From an uncultured Acidobacteriota bacterium (GTDB lineage Bacteria; Acidobacteriota; UBA6911): a stretch of 64,000 bases of DNA. Positions 1-9,480 of this stretch are shown in pieces. The notes under the pieces are model-generated. The model was given only the letters and a program-made list of their open reading frames with translations. It ran no database searches and was not told the DNA's origin. The stretch is taken from NCBI GenBank assembly GCA_963843575.1, contig CAWJKZ010000013.1, positions 416,001 through 480,000 on the forward strand, given 5' to 3'. Each line of letters opens with the position of its first letter. Position 1 is the first letter of the stretch. The position numbers and the translations under genes are program-made.

Positions 1-338
1 GACGCAGGCGATGTCGGTGTCATCGTCGAGGAGCGGCAACGCAGCAGATGCCCGCCCGCCGCCGCGCCGCCGGCGGGCTGACGGCTCCGTCAATAGCAAT
101 CTCCTAGACTCGAAGACCCGAGGTACACACCATCATGAAAACCGACAGGCGAAAAATGCTGGCAGGTACCGTAAATGTGCTGCAGCACATTTGGTCTACC
201 TGCACCACGTCGAGAGCCACGCCGATGCGGCAATCAGGCGGGCGCAGATGGACGAGGCGGCAGATATCCAAGCCAGTTCTGGGCGGGAGAAAAGCGGCCA
301 TTCGTCGGAGGGGGCATTAAATGCGAAATCCTGTAACT

Positions 339-363
339 TGGTGCCGAGGACGGGAATCGAACC
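339..363 (-). repeat. tRNA-Leu-like 3'-end fragment (att-like relic)
   Basis: Reverse complement is GGTTCGATTCCCGTCCTCGGCACCA (T-arm + acceptor strand + CCA), in the same orientation as, and similar but not identical to, the 3' end of the tRNA at 18196. Confidence 0.7.
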
Positions 364-414
364 TTCGGCGCTCGCCAGAAGTTACCCGGCCCTGCTTTTG
401 AGAAGTGACCCACC
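364..414 (+). mobile_element. Probable IS21-family left end
   Basis: Two direct repeats AGAAGTTACCCGGC (377) and AGAAGTGACCCACC (401), 24 bp apart, resemble IS21 terminal transposase-binding repeats and lie upstream of istA. The terminal TG is not clear. Confidence 0.5.
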
Positions 415-514
415 TGAGATTCATTCCACTGCATTGATCGGTCTCCCGCCCTCGGAGAATTGAATACAGCATCGGTTTCAGCGTGGGAGGGCAGTCGCGT
501 CCGATACAGGACGA

Positions 515-964
515 ATGTCGAGACCGAAGAAGCCCCACCTGAAACGGTGCACAGTCTGCCGTCACTGGTACCGTCCGTCGGCAAGAGCCACTTTCCAGAA
601 GACCTGTTCCGAGAGATGCCGCCTGCGGCGTCGACGCCGTCTTGCGCGTCTCCGCAGAGAACACAACCTTCAGGACTACCGGGTGGATGAGAGGGAGCGC
701 CAACGCATGTCCCGTCAGCGGCGGAAGAAGGCGGCAGAATCCACCGCGATGTCACGCGCCGGGCATCTACCGCAACTCACTGACATTCATAGGCTTGTGC
801 AGGAAAGTGTGGACAGAGTTCTGAAACGGTCACGCCCTACCTTGATTCGGCAACTGACTGCGTCTCTTGCGGATAATGCGGTGAACCGTGGACAAGCCAT
901 GCCTCCGGAAGTCATCGGTCACGCGCCGGCTTTCAGCTGCAACTATCTGCCGGAACTGAGTTAA
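515..964 (+). CDS. Small basic Cys-rich (Zn-finger-like) accessory protein of the IS21-like element
   Basis: CxxC (CTVC) and CxxxC (CSERC) motifs followed by an Arg-rich helix; AGGA RBS upstream. Confidence 0.65.
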   Translation: MSRPKKPHLKRCTVCRHWYRPSARATFQKTCSERCRLRRRRRLARLRREHNLQDYRVDERERQRMSRQRRKKAAESTAMSRAGHLPQLTDIHRLVQESVDRVLKRSRPTLIRQLTASLADNAVNRGQAMPPEVIGHAPAFSCNYLPELS

Positions 965-993
965 GCCTGAGAATCGTGGACAACGTGTCACGC
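751..993 (+). repeat. Degenerate phased repeat array (GTCACGC...GCAACT...GTGGACA) x3 plus a partial fourth unit
   Basis: GTCACGC at 751, 829, 918, 987; GCAACT at 772, 850, 939; GTGGACA at 809, 888, 976. Confidence 0.75.
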
Positions 994-1054
994 TCCTGCA
1001 TCGACTCCGAAGACCTTCCGGTGAATGCTCCCTGCATGCTGCGAGGCAGCCACC

Positions 1055-2162
1055 ATGGATCTTGAGTTTCATCAACTCGATCTCCGTTTTGCGCACCTGC
1101 GCGTGCGCCGCCCCGACCGTGAACGCAAACTGCTGGCTTCGCTGGCCGCGTCGGGCCAGCAAGTCCCGATCGTGGTCGTGGCCGTAGGAGATCAGGCAGA
1201 GCGATATCTGGTGATCGACGGCTACAAGCGGGTGGACGCGCTACAGAGGTTGGGCCGAGACACGGTGTGCGCGGCGGTCTGGCAGATGAACGAGGCCGAG
1301 GCTCTCGTGCTGGGCCACTCGTTACGCACCTCCGACGGGGACAGTGCCCTGGAGCAGGGCTGGCTGATCGCGGAACTGCAACACCGGTTCGGACTCGGGC
1401 TCGAGGAGCTGGCCCGCCGGTTCGACCGAAGCGTCAGCTGGGTGTCGCGCCGCCTGGCCCTGGTCGAGCTCCTGCCGGATGCCGTCCAGCGAAAAGGTCC
1501 GCCGCGGCGAGATCACACCGCACGTCGCCATGAGGTTCCTTGTGCCGGTGGCGCGCGCCAACCCGGATGATTGCCAACGTATGGCCGAGGCATACACCGC
1601 TCATAAGTTCAACAGCCGGGGGGCGGGAGAGTTGTATGCGGCCTGGCGCGACGGCTCGCCCGGGATGCGGTCGCGGATTCTCGCGGATCCCGCCCTGTTC
1701 CTGAAGGCGCGCCGGGAGATCGGCAAACCGGATCCGGACACGCAGCCTGCGTCCGCCGAACTGCTGCGGGACCTAGATATGGTTGCGGCTATCGCGCGCC
1801 GTGCCGGTCGGCGCTGGCGGCAGGCCGCCGCCCTGATGGATGGCGCCGACATCGAGCGGGCGCGCCATTGTCTCGAGCACGCCCTGGACGAACTGGCGCG
1901 GCTGGCCCGACGCGTTGAACAGGAGAAGCCCGATGCTGAGCAAAAACCGGCGTATGACGATCCTGGAGCTGCACGGTCGGGGGATGAAGATCCGGCAGAT
2001 TGCCCGGATGCTGCGGATCTCCCGGCCGGTGGTCCGGAAGGTGATCCGTTCCAACTCCGCCGAAGTGCCTCCCCTGCCGCGTTCGGAACGTGCGGAACCG
2101 CACCGCCGCCGCATCCTGGAGCTTTATGCCTCCTGCCAGGGCAACCTGGTCCGGGTCCATGA
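1055..2162 (+). CDS. ParB/Srx N-terminal domain + HTH protein (frameshift near 1490)
   Basis: GQQVPIVV...YLVIDGYKRVDAL ParB box and HTH ELARRFDRSVSWVSRRL. One extra base in GTC CAG C GAA AAG; removing it gives PDAVQ-EKVRRGEI. Confidence 0.8.
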
Positions 2163-3264
2163 GGAGCTGCTTGCCGAAGGGGCCGAGCTGTCCTACCCGG
2201 CGCTGACGGCCTTCTGCCGCCGCCACGGCATCGGACACGAACCGAAGGAGCCGGCAGGCCGATATCACTTCGAACCCGGCGAGGAGATGCAGCATGACAC
2301 GTCGCCGCATGAACTCACGCTGGCGGGCAGGCGCCGCAAGGTCCAGACCGCCTCGGCGGTCCTGTGCTACTCGCGCATGCTCTTTTTCCAGTTCTTTCCA
2401 ACCTTCCAGCGTTTCGACTGCAAAGTCTTCCTGACGGATGCCCACCGGTATTTTGGGGGAGCGGCACAGCGGGTGATGACCGACAACACCCATGTGGTGG
2501 TATTGCGCGGCACGGGGCGCCAGATGGTTCCCGTTCCTGAGATGGCCGCCTTCGCCGAGCGTTTCGGTTTCCGGTTCGTGGCGCACGAGATTGGTGACTC
2601 CAACCGTTCCGGGCGGGTCGAACGTCCCTTCCATTTTATCGAGCGCAACTTCCTGGCCGGCCGGACCTTCGCCGACTGGGACGATCTCAACCATCAGGCC
2701 CGCACCTGGTGCGAGCGGGTCAACGGCACCTACAAGAAGCACATCCACGCCGTTCCCCGAGAACTGTTCGCGGTCGAACGCCTCCAGCTCAAACCACTCC
2801 CGGCCTGGGTGCCGGAACCCTACCGCTTGCACCAGCGCCTGGTGGACGTCGAAGGATATGTCGTGCTGCACACCAACCGGTACTCGGTGCCGGCTTCATG
2901 GATTGGGCGCCGCGTCGAGGTGCGCGAGACGCGCGACAAGATCGAGATCCAGCTGGATGCGCGCAGCCTGGTCGTGCACCGGAGAATCGTCGATTGCGAA
3001 AGGCAGAGGATTACGCTCGCCGAGCATCGTCCGCCGCGCGGGCAGGGAATCAAGAGAACCGATCCCCATCCGGAGGAGAAGGTGATTGTCGATGCTGTGC
3101 CCGAGGTCGCCGGCTACGTGGCTGAGTTGAAGAAGCACAGCCGCAAGCTGGTGGTTCTTGCCCTGCGCCAACTGCTGCGCATGATCCGGGAGTACCCCCG
3201 CGATGCGCTGCTCCGCGCCGTGGAAGAAGCCTCGCACTATGGGCTCTACGATCTGGACCGTCTC
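1933..3264 (+). mobile_element. istA: IS21-family transposase IstA, C-terminally truncated; no istB in window
   Basis: N-terminal HTH; FEPGEEMQHD, DNTHVVV and SGRVERPF DDE motifs; NRYSVP beta-barrel. Similarity ends at YDLDRL, where unrelated DNA begins. Confidence 0.9.
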
Positions 3265-3857
3265 TCGGCATCGCCGTCAATTCCACCGTATTCAGCTGGA
3301 TTGACCGCGTGCTGCTGCGTCCTTATCCCGGCGTCAGCGACACCAAGGGACTTGCTCTGATCGAAACCGCAGGCGCCAACGGCGAGCATCTGGTTGCCAC
3401 ATCCTACCTGGATTACCGCGACTACCGCGACAACCTGAAGCTCGTTTCCGCCATCGCGATCGGGCGTTTCACGCCTTTGAGTGTGGGATCGGGTCAGACT
3501 GCCGAGCGCGCGTGGGCCGAACTGGTCTCGGCAAATTACTTCGATGTACTCGGGGTTGTACCGCTCCTCGGTCGCTCCTTCCTGCCGGAAGAAGGTGCAC
3601 ACAAGCCCGGAGCTTTTCCGGTTGCAGTGATCAGCCACCGCATGTGGCAAAATCGCTTCCACGGCGACCGTGACGTGCTGGGTAAGACGATCCGCTTGAA
3701 CCGCCATGAACTAACGATCATCGGAGTTGCGCCTCCGGACTTTCGAGGCACCACTGTCGGGCTGGTCTACGACGTTTGGATGCCCATCACTATGGCTGGC
3801 GAGATGGGAACCGGCCCCGTTCTCAGCTACCGCGGATGCCGGGACCTCACTTCGACG
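3264..3857 (+). pseudogene. Internal fragment of an ADOP/MacB-type ABC permease
   Basis: LGIAVNSTVFSWIDRVLLRP...VSANYFDVLGV..LGRSF...VAVISHRMWQNRF...IIGVAPPDF; no start codon and no C-terminus. Confidence 0.85.
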
Positions 3858-3959
3858 TGCGAAGGAGGGCCTCCGGAGCCTCAAGGGGGAACAGTGCTGC
3901 GATACCTGCAACTGATCGAGGTGCAGATTTTAGGCTCCCGGGAGCCAAAGCCGCGGCCA
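3858..3959 (+). repeat. 102-bp near-identical copy of 14469-14570 (3' end of the cation transporter gene)
   Basis: TGCGAAGGAGGGCCTCC...GGAACAGTGCTGCGATACCTGCAAC...CGCGGCCA is present at both sites with only a few substitutions. Confidence 0.95.
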
Positions 3960-4354
3960 GGGCGGATCATCGAGATGGGCGGCACGCCTACAGGTGCCGT
4001 CGAGCCCCGGGCTCGCCTGACGGATCAGGGTTCCCAACAATCCGCTACACGCCATATCGTCCTGCCGGCACTCGCATCACCCGTGGCCATCGGGACCAAC
4101 GACCCTCGCCCGCGGTCCGGCCAGGAAGACCTTGATGTTGTGTTGCCAGTGCGCCGGCGCGCCGAGCCTGCCACGCTCCACGCCGGTAGTCTGCGCGCGG
4201 AGGTGTTCAGTGGCGACTGGAGGTCTGCCTTGCACAGCCTCGAGGGGTTCGCTCACGAGGCCGGTTTTTCTGCCTCTCGACCGCAATCAACCCGCAACGT
4301 GCAGCTTGCACCTTGCACATACTTATTTGTACATGTAATAATGCCACTACGATC

Positions 4355-4641
4355 ATGCGGTTCACCTGGGATGAGGACAAGAACCGGCGCAATCTCGCAA
4401 AGCACAAAATCAGTTTCGAGACCGCCAGGCTCGTTTTTGAGGATCCATTCCATGTCAGCCGTCCGGACCGTGTCGTCGAAGGGGAGGGGCGTTGGCAGAC
4501 AATGGGTTTGATCGGATCCGTCGTGGTTGTCCTCGTGGCCCACACCTATCGCGAAGAGGAGGATGAGGCCGTGATCCGGATCATCTCGGCGCGAAAAGCA
4601 ACGTCGCATGAAAGGCGGTACTATGAACAAAATCGACATAA
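4355..4641 (+). CDS. brnT: BrnT-family toxin (expected stop shifted out of frame; ORF reads on to 4810)
   Basis: MRFTWDEDKNRRNLAKHKISFE...RIISARKAT signature. Confidence 0.85.
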
Positions 4642-4895
4642 GCAGGCAAAGGAACTCCGGGACCTGGAGAAAGATGAATCCGAGCGACATCGACCTGTCC
4701 GATCTTCCGGAAGTGCGCGACTGGGACGGCGCGGTGGTCGGCAAGTTTTATCGTCCCATCAAGAAGCCGCTCACACTCCGGATCGATGCCGATGTCCTTG
4801 CGTGGCTTAAATCCCAGGGGAAGGGATATCAAACCCGCATCAATCAAATCCTCCGCTCTGCCATGCTGGACCATGCCCGCAGGCGCAGAGCGTAA
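4623..4895 (+). CDS. brnA: BrnA-family antitoxin
   Basis: IDLSDLPE...YRPIKKPLTLRIDADVLAWLKSQGKGYQTRINQILR; overlaps brnT. Confidence 0.9.
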   Translation: MNKIDISRQRNSGTWRKMNPSDIDLSDLPEVRDWDGAVVGKFYRPIKKPLTLRIDADVLAWLKSQGKGYQTRINQILRSAMLDHARRRRA

Positions 4896-4969
4896 GATCA
4901 CAACATCGCGCTCGTGATCGGCGCCATTTTGGCTTCGTAATCCGAGCCCAGATGGCGTATAAGCGCCTT

Positions 4970-6511
4970 ATGGCAAGCTATCGAATCTCTAGACGCTTCT
5001 TTTTCCAGGGCGCGCTCATCGCGGGTGCCGTCCCTGCGGGTGGATTCGGCAGCACGCCCTCGCTGAAGCGGGCGGGCTTCAAGTCCCCCATTGAAAAGCT
5101 CAATATCGCCTCGATCGGCGCCGGCGGCCGTGCCGCCGACGTCATCCGGGGCTGTTCCTCGGAAAACATCGTGGCGTTGTGCGATCCCGATTCCGCGCGC
5201 GCCGCGGCCATGTTCACCAAGTACGACAAGGCCGCCAGGTACACCGACTTCCGCAAGATGCTCGACAGGGAAGAGAAGAACATCGATGCGGTCATCATCG
5301 CCATCCCCGACTTCATGCATGGAACCGCGGCCATGTGGTGCATGGAACGCGGCAAGCACGTCTATGTCGAGAAACCGCTCACCAGAACCATTTGGGAAGC
5401 GCGCCAACTCAAAGAGGCCGCGGCAAAATACGGCGTCTGCACGCAGATGGGCAACCAGCACGTTTCCCAGGAAACCTGCCGCCAGACCTGCGAGATCCTC
5501 TGGTCGGGTGACATCGGCGATGTGAAGGAGGTTCACGCCTGGACCAACCGCCCCATCTGGCCGCAGGCCTCCGTCGACGCCAATGGCAACAAGATCCTGA
5601 TGGATCTTCCCAAACCGGAGCCGGTCCCAACCACGCTCGACTGGGACGCCTGGCTCGGCATCAAGGAGCCCCGGCCATACAGCTCCGCCTATGTGCCCTT
5701 CAAATGGCGCGGCTGGAAGGATTTCGGCACGGGTCCGGCGGGTGACGAGTTGATTCACCTTCTAGGTGCGCCCAACCTGGCGTTGAATCTGACATCCCCC
5801 TTGAGCGTAGAGTGCGTCAAGCAGGATTACAGAAACCCCTACACCTACGGGAAGAACGTGGTAATCAAGTGGGAGTTCGGCGCCCGCGGTGCCATGCCCC
5901 CTCTGACCTTGTACTTCTACGACACTTCGACCGGCGCTCAGTACCGGCCTCCCGATCTTCCGGCGGATGAGCCGGTGATCCCGCCCCGGGAAGACCTTCC
6001 CCAGGGCGGCAGAGGATGACACGGGGAAGCTCAGGCCGGCGGGGGAGGCGGCTGCCGGCGAGGGCGGCGTCAGACGGCCCAATGCCGCCCCAGGCGGGGC
6101 TGTCGGCGGACAGGCGCCGGGCGAGGCGGTGCCGGCCGCGGTCAAAACCAGGGGGTCGTCTTCGTCGGCACGAAAGGCTACCTCGCGGCGGGCGGCGAAG
6201 GGACCGAGGGCGGTGTCGCCTTCTTGCCGGCGGCGCGGAATAAGGATTACGTGTTGCCGCCCCAGTCCATGTGGCGGTCGCCGGGTCACTACGTGGAATG
6301 GATCATGGCATGCAAGGGGCTTCATCCGAGGACCATGTCGGACTTCGCTTTCGCCGCCCCGCTCACGGAGACCGTCCTGTTGTCGGTGATCGCCATCGAG
6401 TGCCAAGGCAAGCTCGCATATGACGCGGGAAAGGGTCTGTTCACCAACAACAAGGAGGCCAACAAGTACCTTCAGCCGCCGCATATCCGCAAGGGCTGGA
6501 GCTTTACGTAG
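4970..6511 (+). CDS. Tat-exported Gfo/Idh/MocA oxidoreductase (frameshifts at ~6000-6125)
   Basis: SRRFF Tat motif, IGAGGRA, HVYVEKPL, QMGNQ, WRGWKDFGTG; C-terminus (HYVEWIMACKG...RKGWSFT) lies in another frame. Confidence 0.85.
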
Positions 6512-6748
6512 AAAGGCGGGCAGCGAGAAAGGTCGTGTCCCTGTCTGCACTGAGTCCGTGGGCTCCGGAGGTAAATATGGTCTCGCGTCTTATGCAGAGT
6601 GCGACCGTTGGATGTACTCGCTGGTGGTCAGGAAAGCAAAACGGAAATTCTGTACAATAGACAGACCCGTGAGGGAAAATGGAAATCCTGGGTTACATGC
6701 GCAGCGGCGGTTGTAGGGGATCTCAATCTGGAAAGGAGACAGAAAGCA

Positions 6749-7837
6749 ATGAACTCAGAATCTAAACCGGGCCCGACGGGCAAATCCCGGCGGGCGTTTA
6801 TTCAAAAAATCGGGGCGATGGCCGCGGCCTCAAGTATGGCGGCAAATGCAGGCGCCGCCCAGCAACCGCCGGCACCGGGCGTGCCGGGCAGAGCGAACGA
6901 ACGTGATTTTCGGCCGGAGCCAGGCCCCCTCTCAAAGCAGCCGATGCCGACGATTCGTCTGGGCAAGCACGAAGTCGGCCGCCTGGTTCTTGGCGTAAAC
7001 GGCATTGGGACACATTTTTCCGATGTGCTCAGCCGGACGTATCGCGAGTGGAACACGCCCGAACAGCAGATGCGGGTGTTTAAGCACTGTGAGGAGCTGG
7101 GCATTAACCTCAGGGTCCAAACCAGGGACCAGATCAACCGGTACAACAAGGAATTCGGCGGCAAAATGCTGTTTAGCTGCAACAGTGAGGTGTTTGGCAG
7201 CGGGGGAGATTTCAGGGAAACCCTTAAGAAGATGGCCGCGACGGGACCGATCGCCATTCATTCCTCGGCGAGCGGCTCCGATGAGATTTGGAGAAGCGGC
7301 GGGCTCGAGAAACTTCGGGAGTGGTGCAAAATAGTGCGGGATCTGGGTGTTCTGGTTGCCATCAATGGCCACCTCCCCGAAATGTTCATGGAAATCGAGT
7401 CCCAGGGCTGGGACGTGGATTACTACATGCCCGCCGTGTACCAGTTTGGCCGCACCCACGCGGAATGGGAGAAGCTGTTCGAGTCCAACCCCGACCTGGC
7501 GCCTCTGGAGGTCGGTCAACCCCAAACCGAGTACAATTCGCAATATTACGGCGGCGAAATAGCCTGGGTGCGCGGCGATCCGCCGAAGATGCTCAAAGTG
7601 ATCAAACAGGTCAAGAAGCCGTGCCTTGTGTTTAAGATCCTGGCCAGCGGCAACCTGATGGCCAATGCCCTGCCGAAGGTGCAGCAGGCTACCGTGGAGG
7701 CGAGGTTCAAATACATCTTCGAGAACATCAAGTCCACCGACGGAGTGGTGGTCGCGATGTGGAACAAGTACGAGGACCAGTACGCCCTCAACAAGGAGTA
7801 CGTGGTAAAGTACGGCGAGTTGTCGATCCGCGCATAG
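6749..7837 (+). CDS. Tat-exported hypothetical protein (possible AKR-like TIM barrel), copy 1
   Basis: SRRAF Tat motif, AGGAG RBS, MPTIRLGKHEVGRLVLG, PCLVFKILASG. Confidence 0.8.
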   Translation: MNSESKPGPTGKSRRAFIQKIGAMAAASSMAANAGAAQQPPAPGVPGRANERDFRPEPGPLSKQPMPTIRLGKHEVGRLVLGVNGIGTHFSDVLSRTYREWNTPEQQMRVFKHCEELGINLRVQTRDQINRYNKEFGGKMLFSCNSEVFGSGGDFRETLKKMAATGPIAIHSSASGSDEIWRSGGLEKLREWCKIVRDLGVLVAINGHLPEMFMEIESQGWDVDYYMPAVYQFGRTHAEWEKLFESNPDLAPLEVGQPQTEYNSQYYGGEIAWVRGDPPKMLKVIKQVKKPCLVFKILASGNLMANALPKVQQATVEARFKYIFENIKSTDGVVVAMWNKYEDQYALNKEYVVKYGELSIRA

Positions 7838-7917
7838 TAGGAAATTGGCGGCTTTCGCATTGGGACGGCGCGCTGCGGCGCGAGCCACGAGGTTCGCTGG
7901 AATTGAAGAGAACTGCT

Positions 7918-8130
7918 ATGAAACGACCACGGGAATTCCAAACCGCAGACGGCTTCGTACTGATGTACGATGCAGCTAAGAACGAGTGGACCGACGGAGA
8001 GCTGGTATTTGAGGCAAGGTCCCCCGACCTCTGGCCCATGGATTCTGAAAAAGAACCCCTGGAAGGTAAGTTCATTCCCCCGCCGAGCGGTTTTTCCGGA
8101 CCTTGGTCGCCGTGGGCCAGCAGGGAGTAA
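7918..8130 (+). CDS. Small hypothetical protein (70 aa)
   Basis: ATG with GAAGAG upstream and protein-like composition; sits between the two paralogs. Confidence 0.45.
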   Translation: MKRPREFQTADGFVLMYDAAKNEWTDGELVFEARSPDLWPMDSEKEPLEGKFIPPPSGFSGPWSPWASRE

Positions 8131-8371
8131 TGCCAGCGCTCGAGCCAGCGTCGCGCCCGGTCACGCTCGTCCACGAGTGCAACCATCCAGGCAGAATTCC
8201 CGGCAGGTCGGAGTCGTTCTCGCAGAAAGACTCAGCTGTCCGGTTATCAGCTCGAGCAGTGACTCCCGCTCAGGGGGAGAACTGCTGCGCGCCACACCAG
8301 CCAGGAGTTCGTTGGCTTCCTGGCAGCGGCGGTTGCAGGGGATCTCAGTCTGCAAAGGAGAGCAGAAAGCA

Positions 8372-9464
8372 ATGAACTCAGAATCTAAACCGGGCCCGAC
8401 GGGCGAGAAATCCCGACGGGCGTTTATTCAAAAGATCGGGACGGCGGCCGCGGCGTCAAGTCTGGCGGCAAGTGCCAGCGCCGCCCAGCAACCGCCGGCG
8501 CCGCGCAGGGCGCCGGAACGATTTTGGCCGGAGCCAGGCCCCCTCTCAAAGCAGCCGATGCCGACGATTCGTCTGGGCAAGCACGAAGTTGGCCGCCTGA
8601 TTCTCGGCATCAACGGCATTGGGACACATTTTTCCGATGTGCTCGGCCGGACGTATCGCGAGTGGAACACGCCCGAACAGCAGATGCAGGTGTTTAAGCA
8701 TTGTGAGGAGCTGGGCATTAACCTCAGGGTCCAAACCAGAGACCAGATCAACCAGTACAACAAGGAATTCGGCGGCAAGATGCTGTTTACCAGCAACAGC
8801 TCCTACCCGATGCAGCCTGACGGAACCGTGGGAGATCCCACGAAAGTCCTTAAGACGATGGCCGCGACCGGACCGATCGCCATTCATTACGCAGCGAGCG
8901 GCGCCGATGACATGTGGAGAAGAGGCGAGTTCAAGAAGATCCGGGAGTGGTGCAAAATGGTGCGGGATACTGGGTGTTCTGGTTTGCGTCAATGGCCACA
9001 TCCCCGAAATGTTCATGAAAATGGAGTCCCAGGGCTGGGACGTGGATTACTACATGCCCGGCCTGTACCTGTTTGGCCGCACCCACGCGGAATGGGAGGA
9101 GCTGTTCAAGTTCAACCCCGACCTGGCGCCACTGGAGGTCGGTCAACCCCCTACCGAGAGCGATTCGCAATATTACGGCGGGGAAATCGCCTGGGTGCGC
9201 GGCGATCCGCCGAAGATGCTCAAAGTGATCAAACAGGTCAAGAAGCCGTGCCTTGCGTTTAAGATCCTGGCCAGCGGCAACCTGATGGCCAATGCCCAAC
9301 CGAAGCTGCAGCAGCATATCGTGGAGGCGAGGTTCAAATACGTTTTCGAGAACATCAAGTCCACCGACGGAGTGGTGGTCGCGATGTGGAACAAGTATGA
9401 GGACCAGTACGCCCTCAACAAGGAGTACGTGGTCAAGTACGGCGGATCCTCGATCCGCGCATAG
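8372..9464 (+). CDS. Tat-exported hypothetical protein, copy 2 (frameshift near 8969)
   Basis: Highly similar to 6749-7837; CGGGATACTGGGT versus CGGGATCTGGGT shows one extra A. Confidence 0.8.
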
Positions 9465-9480
9465 TGACGTTCGTGTCAGG

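Noticed and set aside
751-993. CRISPR array
   Set aside because: The repeats are short discontinuous motifs, not identical 23-47 bp repeats, and there are no cas genes in the window.
3309-4511. 400-aa ORF as a single real protein
   Set aside because: It is a chance read-through across the permease fragment, the 102-bp repeat and brnT.
6749-9464. Diversity-generating retroelement template/variable repeat pair
   Set aside because: The whole gene is duplicated, differences include indels and are not adenine-specific, and no reverse transcriptase is present.
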